The notes under the pieces: model-generated
Databases searched by the model: none
Seen by the model: the letters and a program-made list of their open reading frames with translations, nothing else
What the model was told of the DNA's origin: nothing
Shown here: in pieces, positions 1 through 12,406 of the stretch
How the letters are laid out: every line of letters starts with the position of its first letter
Position numbering within the stretch: the first letter of the stretch is position 1
Position numbers and translations under genes: made by a program
DNA from: Callorhinchus milii
Taxonomy: Eukaryota
DNA length: 64,000 bases
Reading direction: 5' to 3'
Assembly (NCBI RefSeq): GCF_018977255.1
Contig: NW_024704742.1
Location: 88,538,001 to 88,602,000, forward strand

Positions 1-1170
1 AACTGAAGTATGAAGTAATGAAGGTTGGATAATTAATTATCTTGTTCTTTACTTACCCACAAGGCATGTGGCTATTGAAATCTCCAGCAGTAAATGCTCT
101 AACAGAACTTTCATTTGACCCTAGTTGCAACCTTATTGGAAACAGTCTAATCCATCAATATGGATTAAACACCACTTGTATTTAAGAGAATCATCATAGA
201 TATCTCTCTAAGTATTTACTTATAGCAAACTGTAAAATTCACATCATATCTGGAAGATGAACAATCTAAATGCTGTTTTACCTTATTTGGATGCATTAAT
301 CCAAAATCAGTCAATTTATATTCCAGAACATCTTATTATAGCTGAAAGGATACAAGAAACTGAACAACATAAAGTTCGCTCATTAATATTTTACAATTCA
401 ATAATACTTTGCGAATAACAAGAATAAACTGCACCAACTATTGTTGAAGAGTCACATCCCTCTTACCGCAAAGTGTAATGGCTTTATAATAGAAAAATCA
501 CATTAAAAGAAACATTTGAATTAAGCCGCAAGGACGTCTCAAAGAGCTTGACCAATCTAGATTGACAGCCAAGCTGGGAGTGAGAGCCAACGGGAGGTGG
601 GGAAAGGGAAAGATAACTGAGAAGTTAGCCAAAGAACAAAGATTATAATTGTTTACTATACTAACAGCTCAACATAGAACATGTCTAATTGGGACCAACC
701 TACCTACTAGGGCTCACCTCCCTCACTCCCACCCTGCATTAGTAAGAAGGATTCTGAGATGTGGTACTCAGTTTATCAACCTCAAATTGGAGATGATCGA
801 AGTGACCTAATGAATGTCACGTCTGGATTCCCCCCCCCCCGCACCCCCCACCCCCGCTCTCCCAACCATTCTGAAATGGCTTTTCAAGTTCCTTTTAAAG
901 TGAAAGCATAGATGCTCCAGAATGCCTCATGCTGTGCCTGCCACTATGACACTGACTGAGTTGTGGAGATTTGAAACACCAACCTCCATGAAGCTAAAAT
1001 AGTCGATAATGTTAAAGGTGTTAAATATCAAGTATTAATCAATACAATTTACATTTTATATAGGGACTTTTATGTCGGGAGGACGTCTTGAAGCACTTGA
1101 TAGTACTGGCTGGTCACATGAGCTGGGGGTGGGGACTGAGGGTTTGGGGAGGGCAAAGGTGACCAAAAGT

Positions 1171-1475
1171 ATAATAATAATAATAATAATCCTTGCATTT
1201 GATATAGCGCTTTTCACATCGGGAGGACGTCCCAAAGCGCTTCACAGAATACACTGTATATTTGTGGGCAAACGCAGCAGCCAATTGCGCACAGCAATGT
1301 CCCACAAACAGTTGTAGATTGAAAATGACCAATTTATTATTGTTTTTAGTTTTGGAGGGATTATTATTAGACGTGTGGAGTAAGGAAATTTGCCCAAGGT
1401 TTCGCCCTGCCTGGAATTGAACTCAGGTCTCTCACTTGCAAAGCGAGTGCTCTAACCACTGAGCCACAGTATGTC
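1171..1475 (-). mobile_element. tRNA-derived SINE family A (L2-like tail)
   Basis: A/B-box head (GCTCAGTGGTTAGAGC..GTTCAATTCC), shared 3' body, (TTA)n tail. Confidence 0.85.
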
Positions 1476-2049
1476 CAAAAGAGGCATGTTAATAATACTG
1501 TAAAATCATATTTTTTTAAAAAGGGCGAGCTGGAGGAGTACTTTACTCAGACTGCATCCTTCCCAAACTTTTTTTCTGTAACAACTAAACTTCTTATTAT
1601 CAGTCAATGCAAGTTCTTAAGCATCAATCCATTACCCCATTAATGTCGTTAACTCACTAATGCGGGCAGTATTTTTGCAACCTTTTTCACTTCAACATTG
1701 TATTAAAAAAAAGTAATAATAATTGGGTCACTCAATCCATGACTATTTGTGGGACATTGCTGTGAGCAATTGGCTTCTGCGTTTCACACTAAAAATATAC
1801 AGTCAATTCACTTTACTGTATATTCTGTGAAGCGTTTTGAAACGTCTATAAGACGTGATGAGGCACTATTACAATGCAAGGATTATTATATTATTATATA
1901 GCACAGCAATACAAACTCACGTGTCAGGTCAACCTGCTGATGTGGTCAAAATTCCGCAGTCTACAATTCTTCCCCAGCATTGCACTGCCGTCAGTTTACA
2001 TCCTAACACAGGAAATGAACCCATAACTTTCTAACCCAAAGGCAAAAGT

Positions 2050-2357
2050 GAGTCCTGTAGCTCAGTGGTCAGAGCACTCGTCTCGCAAGGGAGAGACCTG
2101 GGTTTGATTCCCAGCAGGGTGAAACCTTGGGCAAGTTTCCTTACTCCACACGCTTGATAATAATCCTTCAAGAAAAAAAACAATGATAAATTGGTCACTT
2201 CAATCCACAACTGTTTGTGAGACACTGCTGTGCGCAATTGGCTGACGAGTTTCGCCCAAAACTATACAGTCAATTCACTTTACAATATATTCTGTGAAGT
2301 GTTTTGAGAAGACGTGAAAAGCGCTAAATTAAATGCAAGGATTATTATTATTATTAT
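2050..2357 (+). mobile_element. SINE family A with 5' extension (1962-2049)
   Basis: GAGTCCTGTAGCTCAGTGG head; ...AAATGCAAGGATTATTATT tail. Confidence 0.88.
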
Positions 2358-3004
2358 CATCTGTCAACGGTGTTTAAGAAAGGAATAACATTTAAATTTC
2401 CCAATGGATTAGTGGATAAAGGCACTAAACTTAATGGAACAAAATATTGTAGGTTCAAATCTCAGTCTGGCCTGAATTAGTAATTACTAATCCTTGCCTT
2501 TCATATCTGTCAGATGTCTCAAAGCTCTTCACAGGATTTACTGTAAAGTTTAGTGTATTTTGTAGACAAACTCAGTACCAATTTGCTCAAACTAATGTCC
2601 CACAAAGGCCATGAAGTTAACTTTATCTGGGATATTGTTGTCCAGGAGAAACTCCTTCCTTTTTTCAAATGGTGCCATGGGATCTTTAACATTCACCTGA
2701 ATAGGATGGCACCTCCGACAACAGTGTAGTGCTCCCCTGTCACTGCATTGAAGTGTTAGCCTAGACTGTGAGTTCAAAGCCCTGATGTGGGACTTGAACC
2801 TAGAATCTTGTTAATCAATCAACAAGAGTGCTACCCAGGCTGAAGCAGCGGAGGGAGATGTGCTACATTATTCTACTGTACCTGTATTCTGAGTTAGAAA
2901 GGGAAAAAAAATATTCTGGATGTTTTTCAAATGCCCACGTTCAAAGTACCTGTGCACAAATTGGGTAAGGCATGTTTACTGAGATCCTGAATTTCTCTTT
3001 GCAG

Positions 3005-3097
3005 GAGTCGCTGCTTTGGATTCCGACGTCTCTGGGAAGGTCGGATTACGAGCTGTGGTGTATTATTTTTGCACCACTGTTATTGCTGTAATCCTAG
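3005..3097 (+). CDS. SLC1A1: SLC1A1 exon 3 (numbered by analogy to mammalian gene)
   Basis: tttgcag|...|gtaatc; 93 nt; [32 protein letters not shown]. Confidence 0.95.
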
Positions 3098-4566
3098 GTA
3101 ATCTGAGAAATTCATTTAGAATTCCTGTTGATTTGCGAGAACTCCACTTCAGAAATTGATTATGTGGGAGCTGAATTTCTTGGGTCAGAGTGATGTCATT
3201 CTGATTGCTTGAAGGCCAACTGCAGACAATACAAACTTACAATATATATATATATAAATATAAATATATAGCATCCTTCAGGTCTGGAGGACGTCCCAAT
3301 GTGGTTAACAGTACCGACTGGGCAGTTTATCTGGGTATGGATGATGAAGGGGCTGGGGAAGGGAAAAATGAATAAAAAAGAGGTAGGTCAAAGAGGTGGG
3401 TCTTGAGATGGACCTTGAAAGAAGTGCGGGAGACATGAATAGGAGTCCTTATTCAGAAATCATGAGGTGAAATACCACAAATTAAAACCCTATCCCTTAT
3501 TCTATAATGGAATTTCCATGTGCTCTGTTTTCACTGTTAATCTTAAAATGTAAGATTGTTTCCTTCAAATTTAAGATGTAACAGAATTGTGGGGAAAAAA
3601 AATATTTGGAAATCAGTTTATTTTTAAGAACTCTGGAAAGCCTGGCTTCCAAATTAAGGGTGAATTTTGCAATTTTGAGACTAAACCAACCTGCAGCCTA
3701 AGAATAGGTGGAATTTTGGACCTCGAGACTCCAAAACATCAATGATGCGAAAATGGTTCCACATAAAATGGTTTGTTGGGGTACAAGGCAAAGCTTCACC
3801 ATCAAGGATAAGTAACACGAGAGGTATGCTTGAAATCTAGCTTCCGCACACCACTTATTGTTTGATTTACATCACTATCCTCCTTTTGGGAAGGTAAACA
3901 AGGTCTCCTTGGAATGAGCTGGCGCCAAAGTGATATCCTCGACAATGGAATGTCAGAATCAAGTTAACCTCTGCAGCGGTCTTGGCAGTACAATTCCTGA
4001 GCCAAGTGCAGTATCCAGGACACTGCAGATGATAACACAACAGCTGGCTCATTGACAGGACTTGGAGGGATGGCCAGTCACTGGGAGAACTGACTGTTCC
4101 CACTTAGCTCCTGTTAACCCTGCAAGTCAAAGCCTTAATGGGCAGGGAGGTCTAAGTTGTTAAAACAATGGGAAGCTTGTCCAGACAGTGATCTCAATGG
4201 CAAGCTATGCAGTTTAGGCTGGTTAAAACTCAGCAGTACCCCAATGCCCATTCGGAGTACCCAACCTTTGGCTTTTGCCGTGCCTAATTCTCTGGTAATT
4301 AGATAAGAGGGTGCATTCCTTCAGGAAGAGAGTGTGTATTTCAGACACAGAGATTTCAACGCCTAAGTGACATACGTATATGAAACGCTCAGTCTGGTTT
4401 GGGTACTCTTAAGCATGGTGATGGATTTCCACATGTTTCAGAGATCCAGGTGACTAGAAAGAAAAAACTATTTTTAAAAACTTTTTTTAAAATATTGCAT
4501 ATTTAAAAGTAACCTTTTTTCTCCAAAGTGGGCCTCTTACATGCAGAATTTTGTGTTTTGGATAAG

Positions 4567-4681
4567 GAATTATATTGGTGATGGCCATCAAACCTGGTAT
4601 CTCCCAAACTGCTGAGGAAATTGGCAGGGTTGGATCCACACCAGATGTCACCACTGTGGATGCCATGCTCGATCTGGTGAG
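4567..4681 (+). CDS. SLC1A1: SLC1A1 exon 4
   Basis: ataag|...|gtacg; 115 nt; GIILVMAIKPGISQTAEEIGRVGSTPDVTTVDAMLDLVR; phase continues from exon 3. Confidence 0.95.
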
Positions 4682-5413
4682 GTACGAAACTCCCTTAAGA
4701 TTGTCAACACTTTGCAATTCTTCATCTCCGCTCTATCTGTAACTTCAATCCCGCACGTCAGAGGAACCTGACTACAGAACCTTTGCCCTATGTTACACTG
4801 CAAGTTAAAGTGTCACTCTGTAGCTCACCTTCCTGGTGAGCTTACACTGAGTGCAATGCCCTTTTACGGCTTTAGCTTTTGAATCAAACTCATTAGCATG
4901 CATGCAGCCCTTTTCATCAAGTGGGTTGTCCTGCGATTGTCATTCTGGTTCACTAATTCCCCACATGAAAGGCTCTACATCAAATGTAAGGATTATTATT
5001 TAAAGTGTCAGTTTGCTGCTCAGTTACCAACAATACCGGCTTCTGAGTCAGAGGTTGTGTTTTCTGAGAGAACGCAGCAGCCAATTTGTGCACAGCAATG
5101 TCCTATAAACAGCATCAATTTTATCTGGGGGATTGCTGGCCAGCACACCATAAGAAACTCCCTTCTCTTTTTAAATTGGAATCTTGCCCCCCCTTCCCCC
5201 CCCCACTCAACCCTCCGCACGCATACATACACTGAGAGGCTGACAAATACTTGTGGGGGTGGATTTGCCCCTGACTCATCCTCTTGTTTTGAGGTAATTC
5301 TAATAATAAAGTCACACCCAATTGTGGGGCACAGAGACAGGATTTAGAATGTGCAAAGGAAAAATTCACTTGCCTCGTGAAGTATTTAAAAAAGGCCTCT
5401 CTTTTATATACAG

Positions 5414-5456
5414 GAATGCATTCCCAGAAAACTTGGTCCAGGCCACCTTCCAACAG
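5414..5456 (+). CDS. SLC1A1: SLC1A1 exon 5
   Basis: atacag|...|gtact; 43 nt; NAFPENLVQATFQQ. Confidence 0.95.
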
Positions 5457-6051
5457 GTACTGTCACTCTTTTACTGTTTTCCCAGCGATTTAGATACAAC
5501 CAATTGGAAAATAATTGATTTATTTCCTCATGCATTCAATCAGATGTTTGGACTGGTTAAAATGCCCAAAGATTGAAAACTTAAAATGTTGTATACAATA
5601 AATATGTCCTAAAATAATATTGCTACGGTCTCCTCTTCTGTAACTTGTGAGCAAAATTGCCTATAAAACGCCAAGCATAAAGAAGGACTACTGTGTCAAA
5701 CAGAAATAGATTAGGAAGCGTAGTACAGGCCACCACACAGGATTTATTTAAAAGAGGTTGATGTTTGGGTTGGTTTTCTGGGAGGATGAAATCTAGTAGC
5801 TGAAGAAGCATTTTCTTCTGAATCTTTTAGAAAGGTTGGAGATGGGAGAGGGAGAAAGGACCATTTGGCCATTTGACTCACCCCTACAGCGCATAATTGC
5901 AGCAGTTAAGATGCAATCTCACCAGTATTTTAAATATCCCCAATGTTTTTGCCTTTATTATATTGTTTGATACATTATTGTAGAGACATCACTCTGTGAG
6001 TAATTATGTTTTTACTGATATGTGGTCTAAAGTAAAATTTCACTAGTTTAT

Positions 6052-6112
6052 AATAATTCTTGAATTTGATAGAATTGATAGAATAATTCTTGAATTTGAT
6101 AGAATTTGATAG
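6052..6112 (+). repeat. 30-bp tandem duplication
   Basis: AATAATTCTTGAATTTGATAGAATT(T)GATAG twice. Confidence 0.85.
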
Positions 6113-6689
6113 ATGTCATGTCATCACAACGTCTCAAAGCGCTTCACATGATATACTTTAAAGTGGAGATACTGTGTAATTTATAATTTGTGGGCAAAAT
6201 CCATTGTTATCGTCTGGTTCCTGGCTTGATATGTTTGAGTTGGTTTTCTTACATTAAGACGTAAACCTGGTTTTACCATAGCTATACCATTTAATGTGTT
6301 GTGTACTTTGTTATGAGTCCCTTGCCTGTTTTTTGTCCAGATTGTGAAGCTTAAATTCCTCTGATATATCAAACCACTCACCCTTCCCCATCATACCTTA
6401 CTTGGGGTCAACCTCATCTCTGATGGTCTTGATTCCTGAGTCAGGGTGCTGGAGTGTAGGGCTAAAGAGTGCTCAGTCATTTCATTCCATTACAGTTTTC
6501 ATTTCAATGCATTTCTGCGGCTGTTCACAGAGCGAGGAACAGACAGATGGATGGGACTGAGTATGTTAAAAACATTCAGATTGAAGAACCAATTGCTCAC
6601 TGAGTAATCAGCAATAATCAGCCTTACTGTGACGCTTAGCTCAAGGCAGTCTGTGGCCTGCCTGATCCTTCCTCTCCTTTGAGCAGTAG

Positions 6690-7487
6690 GGAAGTGTGAG
6701 GTCATCCACCTAGGTAATAAAAACAGTAGAGCAGATTATTTTTTAGAAGGGGAGAGACTAGATAGTGTTAGCGTTGAGAGAGACTTGGGTGTCCTTGTAC
6801 ACCAGTCACAAAAAGTTAATTTGCAGGTACAGCAAGCAACGAGGAAGGCTAATGGTATGCTGACATTTGTTACAAAAAGGTTAGAATATAAGAGTAGGGA
6901 AAGTCTTGCTGTAACTGTATAGGGCCCTTGTGAAACCGCACCTAAAGTATTGTGTGCAGTTTTGGTCTCCTTATATAAGAAAGGATGTACTCGCCTTGGA
7001 GGGGGTACAACGTAGATTTACTAGGTTGGTACCAGGGATGAGTTATGAGGATAGGTTGAGCAATTTAGGCTTATATTCTCTAGAATATAGCAGAATGAGA
7101 GGTGATCTTATAGAAACCTATAAGATTATTAAGGGGCACGACAGAATAGATAGTGGGAGACTTTTTCTCCTGGTTGGAGAAACTATAACCAGGGGCCACA
7201 GTCTTAAAATTCAGGGTAAGCCATTTCGCACTGAGTTTAGGAAAAACTTTTTCACTCAGAAGGTAGTGAATTTATGGAATTCTCTACCCCAAAGGGCTGT
7301 AGATGCTCAGTCCTTGAACATATTCAAGACTGAGATTGATAGATTTCTTGTGGATAAAGGGATTAAGGGATATGGGGATAAGCAGGTAGGTGGAGTTAGA
7401 ATGGTTCAGCCATGATCTTATTGAATGGCGGGGTAGGCTAGAGAGGCCAAATGGCCTACTCCTGCTCCTAATTCTTATGTCATTATG
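6690..7487 (+). mobile_element. 5'-truncated CR1 LINE in SLC1A1 intron 5
   Basis: KCEVIHLG, ERDLGV, VKPHLKYCVQFWSP, TRGH, CR1-type 3' tail. Confidence 0.92.
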
Positions 7488-8308
7488 AATGTAATAACTA
7501 GTCGGGAGATTTCTTTAGCTGGGTTTAAATTAAAAAACAAGATTGATAAATGGAGGAGTGAATTTTCAAAAAATTATCTTAGACAATGCAATGGGGATGG
7601 CAGTAGACTGACATTCCAGTACACTGTATCGTCTAAAGTGCTATCCTTCAGATGACATGTTAAACCAAGGTCCTGTCTGCCTGTTTGGGTGGATGTTAAA
7701 AAATCCATGGCAATATTTGAAAAGAGATATTTACCCAGTGTCTTGGCTAACAATACCCCAGATAAAATTGAACACGTACTTATTGGCTGTTTGTGGGACA
7801 TTACTTTGTGCAGATTAATTTTGCCCCCAAAAGACACCTGCCCAAACAGGCATGACACGCTACAAGAACTTTGTGAAGTGCTTTGAGATATTTCACTCAC
7901 AAAACACAGTCAATCCACTTTGCAGAATATCCTGTGAAGCTCTTTAAGAAGTCTCAACTACATGATAAGGCACTGTATCAAATACAAGGATTATTATTGT
8001 TATTATTATTTTCTCAATATTATCGGTGCTATTATCAAATATGATTACTATTAGAATTAACAGAGATTAGGTAAATCAGACAGTGTTGAGCAGCAACAGG
8101 CCTCCATTAGAATACAGTCTTGTTAGTTTTGTATGAAACAGTTTGCCATATTTCTCAAACTGTCTGATGTTTAATAGAAATTAATCAGCTTAGCATGTCT
8201 TTGGACAGGAAACAAAGTCATGATTTTCCATGTTATTTCCACCTATGTCTCTTGTGTTGTAATATTTGTCTTTGGTAGAATTCACATCGCTCGTTTCTTC
8301 TGTTTCAG

Positions 8309-8416
8309 TATAAAACCAGACGCCAAGTCAAAGAAGTTATTAAAGAAGTTATTAATGCCACCAGCCACCCTGTTGAGCCAACGGTTTCAGTTATCATGAC
8401 AACGCTGACAAATGAG
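8309..8416 (+). CDS. SLC1A1: SLC1A1 exon 6 (extracellular loop)
   Basis: tttcag|...|gtaaaa; 108 nt; YKTRRQVKEVIKEVINATSHPVEPTVSVIMTTLTNE; N-glycosylation sequon NAT. Confidence 0.9.
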
Positions 8417-8839
8417 GTAAAATGAGTTATTTGTAACCTGTTTGTGGGATGTGTATATGGTAAGCTGCCAATTATTAAATTATGGGGTATATGTGATACA
8501 AATTTTACAAATATAATAAATATATTCAGGTCCCCCACCCTACCTAACCCACCGCAAATGGTCTAACTTACAGCTTTTCAGCCCCTTTTTTCTGGAGTCC
8601 CCAAAACTCCCACCCTCCCTCACCTCATTCAAGGTCGGTCTCAAGACCTACCTCTTTTGGTCATCTTTCTCATCACCCAGATCGGATACCAGAAGCAACT
8701 AGATTTTGGTCAATGCCATTTAGTTAAAATATCGAGGGGAGAGTTACCTTTCCCCCCCTCCCCCTCACCATGGCAACCATCAATTAGGGCGTCTCCATGA
8801 ACAGAATGTCTCGCTTACCATCATTGTCATTAGCCACTC

Positions 8840-9305
8840 AACAACAACAACAACAACAACAAGATTTCATTTATTGAGCGCCTTTCACGTCAGGAGGACG
8901 TCCCAAGGCGCTGGACAGTTGGGTCAGGACCCGAGCAGGGGGGAAATGGTCAGGGTGAGGGGAGGGAAGGGAGGGAGCGAGGAAGGGGTAGAGAGTTGAG
9001 AGGGGAGCTGAAGGCACGGTCAAAGAGAAAGGTCTTGAGACCGGCCTTGAAGGAGGAAAGGGAGGAGGCGGCGAAGGCACTGGGGGATGGAGTTCCAGAG
9101 CTTAGGGGCTGAGAGGCTGAAGGCCCGGCCACCGATGGTAGGGAGGTTGGGGCGGGGGATGTGGAGCAGACCGGAGCCAGAGGAACGGAGGGTACGGGCA
9201 GGTAGGTAGGGGGATAGTAGGTCAGAGAGGTAGGAGGGAGCGAGGCCGTGAATGGCCTTGTAGGTGAGGATGAGGATCTTGAATTCGATCCTCTGGAGCA
9301 ACCAA
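8840..9305 (-). mobile_element. L2 LINE 3' fragment
   Basis: RIEFKILILTYKAIHGLAPSYL..APKLWNS; tail GACGTGAAAGGCGCT...(TTG)n. Confidence 0.92.
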
Positions 9306-9671
9306 TCATAGCAGCTTGCCTATCAACTGAGAATAAATTATGAAATAACAAACCCACCTACCATTTAAACAGATGCACCAAGCTGCAAAAAGAAAGTTAC
9401 ACCTTGTATAGGACTTTATCGTCTTGATGACAGAACAGATGACATGATTGATTTGAATGAAGACCGTTCGACCCATTTGTTATCATTCTTCCAGAACACC
9501 CCATCTTAGCATCTTCCCATCACAGCATCAAGCAGTTTTATTAAATGAGTTGATTATCCTGGCCTCAACCACAGTTGCTGGCAGCCTGTTCCAGTTATAA
9601 TTACCCTCTGGATAAAGAATTACTTCCTGGTCCTGAAATACTCTTCGGAATGACCAATTTATCTGTAAGAT

Positions 9672-9990
9672 TAAAATGCAAAATACTGCAGATGTTGGAA
9701 ATCTAAACAAAAACAGAGATAGCTGGGAACACTTAGCAGGACAGGCAGCATCTATGGAGAAAGGAAAGTGTGTCAACGTTTCAAGTCTATGACCCTTCGT
9801 CAGAACTGGAGCATGTTGGGAGGGAGAGCCTTTGAAGGGCTAACATAGAGGTGTGAGGCGGGGCAAGGAAGACAAGGAAGAAAGTGGGCTAGAGGCTGGG
9901 GGATGATGGGTTAACTAAGTGGTTAATGATGCAGAACAAAGTGGGGGATTGCAACAAAGCAGGGAAATAGAGGTGTTAATACTGCAGAAC
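9672..9990 (-). mobile_element. Penelope-like element terminal fragment with hammerhead-like motif
   Basis: CTGACGAAGGGTC..GAAACGTTGAC..GATGCTGCCTG.CCTGCT; homologous to 22435 and 32430 copies. Confidence 0.6.
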
Positions 9991-10104
9991 AAAATGTGGG
10001 GGGGGAAATGATCTTATCTGTAAGATTGTTGGCCAAAGCACAGGGAGAAACTGTCTTCTCTTTTATAATGGTGACATCTCAATTTTTCAATAAAGTTTTT
10101 GCAG

Positions 10105-10289
10105 AATAGGACAAAGGAGTATGAAGTGATTGGGGCCTACTCTGATGGACTCAATGTCTTGGGCCTCATTGTCTTTTGCCTGGTGTTTGGCATCGTCATT
10201 GGGAAGATGGGTGAAAAAGGCAAAATCCTCATTGACTTCTTTGATGCTCTGAATGAAGCCACAATGAAAATAGTACAGGTTATTATGTG
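10105..10289 (+). CDS. SLC1A1: SLC1A1 exon 7
   Basis: ttgcag|...|gtgagt; 185 nt; [29 protein letters not shown]...MKIVQVIM. Confidence 0.96.
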
Positions 10290-10860
10290 GTGAGTAACAA
10301 TGATAATAATAATAATTATTCACATCTATGTAAATTATAATTATTCACCTTCTCTCCTCTCCTTATACACACACACCAGTTTGGACTTTTGAATCTGGGG
10401 GTTGTTGGCGAGGACACTGGCTGAAACTGCCTTCACTTTCTAATGTTTGGCTGTAATCTTTAATCCTGAACTAAGCAACAGGCAGACGCAACCTCAGTAC
10501 TGTATAAGTACTGCCTGTCAGTATCTCAAGCCCTGCAGTAACACATCACTCCTAGACCATTGCATTGGAGCATCAACCAAGACTGTGAGCTCTAACTTGG
10601 GGCTTCAACTCACAACCTTCTGAACCACTTGTGATGCCACCAGAAGAATGCCAGCTTCTGAGCTATGACATTTCAGTCACATTATAAACTCTTTCAAATG
10701 AAAGATTGTGTAGAATTTTAGAAATTAGTTAAACTCAGCCTTAATTTGGAAGTCGGTTTCTTTTTAAAATACTGCAGAAAACTGAAGGTAATGCTTACAT
10801 GCTTATCACTGATCATGACCCCTTGTGAATGATGCTTCTTCCCCTTCCCATGTCTTTTAG

Positions 10861-10968
10861 CTACATGCCAATAGGCATATTATTCCTTATTGCTGAGAAA
10901 CTCATGGAGGTGGATAATTGGGAAATTTTCCGTCAACTGGGACTCTATGTGGCTACAGTGCTGAGCGG
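10861..10968 (+). CDS. SLC1A1: SLC1A1 exon 8
   Basis: ttttag|...|gtatg; 108 nt; [37 protein letters not shown]. Confidence 0.95.
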
Positions 10969-11978
10969 GTATGTGTTGCATCTTCATGGTTGTTTTTCAC
11001 ACTGCTTTGGGGTCATATATTGAGTTGTAATTGCTAACAGTAAGTATGACGATTAGACCAGCTGGGATCTTCAGTCTTGAGAAAAGACGTCTCAGAGGAG
11101 ATCACATGGATGTGAATACATTTGGCTCTGGTCAGAGATTGTGGGTTCAAGTCCCACACAGCCCACACAGTCAAATGAGACGTTAAACGTAAAACCAAGA
11201 ACCCATCTGCCTGTTCAGGTGGACATTAAACATCCCATGGCACTGGTTGAAAAGAGAAGGAAGTTTCTCTCGGTGTCCTGGCCAACAGTCCGCAAGATAA
11301 TATTGGTCACTGTTTCATGGCTGTTTGTGGGACATTGCCATGCACAATTGTGCTGCCAAATACAAATACACAGTCACTCCACTTCGTAGTAAATCTTGTG
11401 AAGTGGGTTGAGACATCCTTCCAATGTGAAAAGGCGTATACAAAATGCAAGGATTACTATTATTATAATTCTAATATTTGAAATGCGATTGAAAAAGTAA
11501 ACCTCGACAATACTTTAGGATGTTACAAAACAGTAGAACTAGAGAACATAGTTGTAAAAGATAATTTTAGGGCAAACATCAGACAGTTTTTCTTTACTCA
11601 GAAGGTAATTAAGGACTAGGACAGGAAAGGTGGTTTAGGTTTGGACACTGGACTCATTTAAAAAGCAGCTTAATGCTATGATGGGGGGATGCTAGAGGGG
11701 TTTTCTGGAGGGATGAGATTAGATGGGCTGAATGGCCTTCTTCATCCAGACCAATCCTGTGATGTCTAACGGAGTCAAGTATATTGGGCTGCAACAATGA
11801 TAATGGGATATGGAATGCAAATTGATTGCATTAATTAGCTGGTTTGTGATTGTGCAATTGCGTCATGTACCCGAGATTTGCAAAAGGACAAATCCTGTAA
11901 TTGTACTTTATAATGATCAGACTCACAGCCACTGTCTTAGTCAGTCAATTGTGTATCAGCCTGGCTCAGTTGTATCAT

Positions 11979-12406
11979 TCAAGATCCTCATCCTCACCTA
12001 TAAGGCCATTCATGGCCTTGCTCCCTCCTACCTCTCCGACCTACTATCACACTACTTACCGCCCGTATCCTCCATTCCTCTGGTTCCGGTCTGCTCCACA
12101 CACCCTGCCCTAACCACTCTACCATCGGTGGCCAGGCTTTCAGCCTCTCAGCCCCTAGGCTCTGGAACTCCATTCCCCCAGTGCCTTCGCCTTGCTTCCT
12201 CCCTTTCCTCCTTCAAGGCCGGTCTCAAGACGTTTCTCTTCAACCGTGCCTTCACCTCCCCTCTCGACTCTCTACCCCTTCCTCGCTCCCTCCCTTCCCT
12301 CCCCTCACCCTGACCATTTCCCCCCTGCTCGGGTCCCGACCCAACTGTCCAGCGCCTTGGGACGTCCTCCCGACGTGAAAGGCGCTCTATAAATGCAATC
12401 TTGTTG
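11979..12406 (+). mobile_element. L2 LINE 3' fragment inserted in a SINE head
   Basis: same family as the 8840 copy; flanked by TTGTATCAT at 11970-11978 and 12407-12415. Confidence 0.92.
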
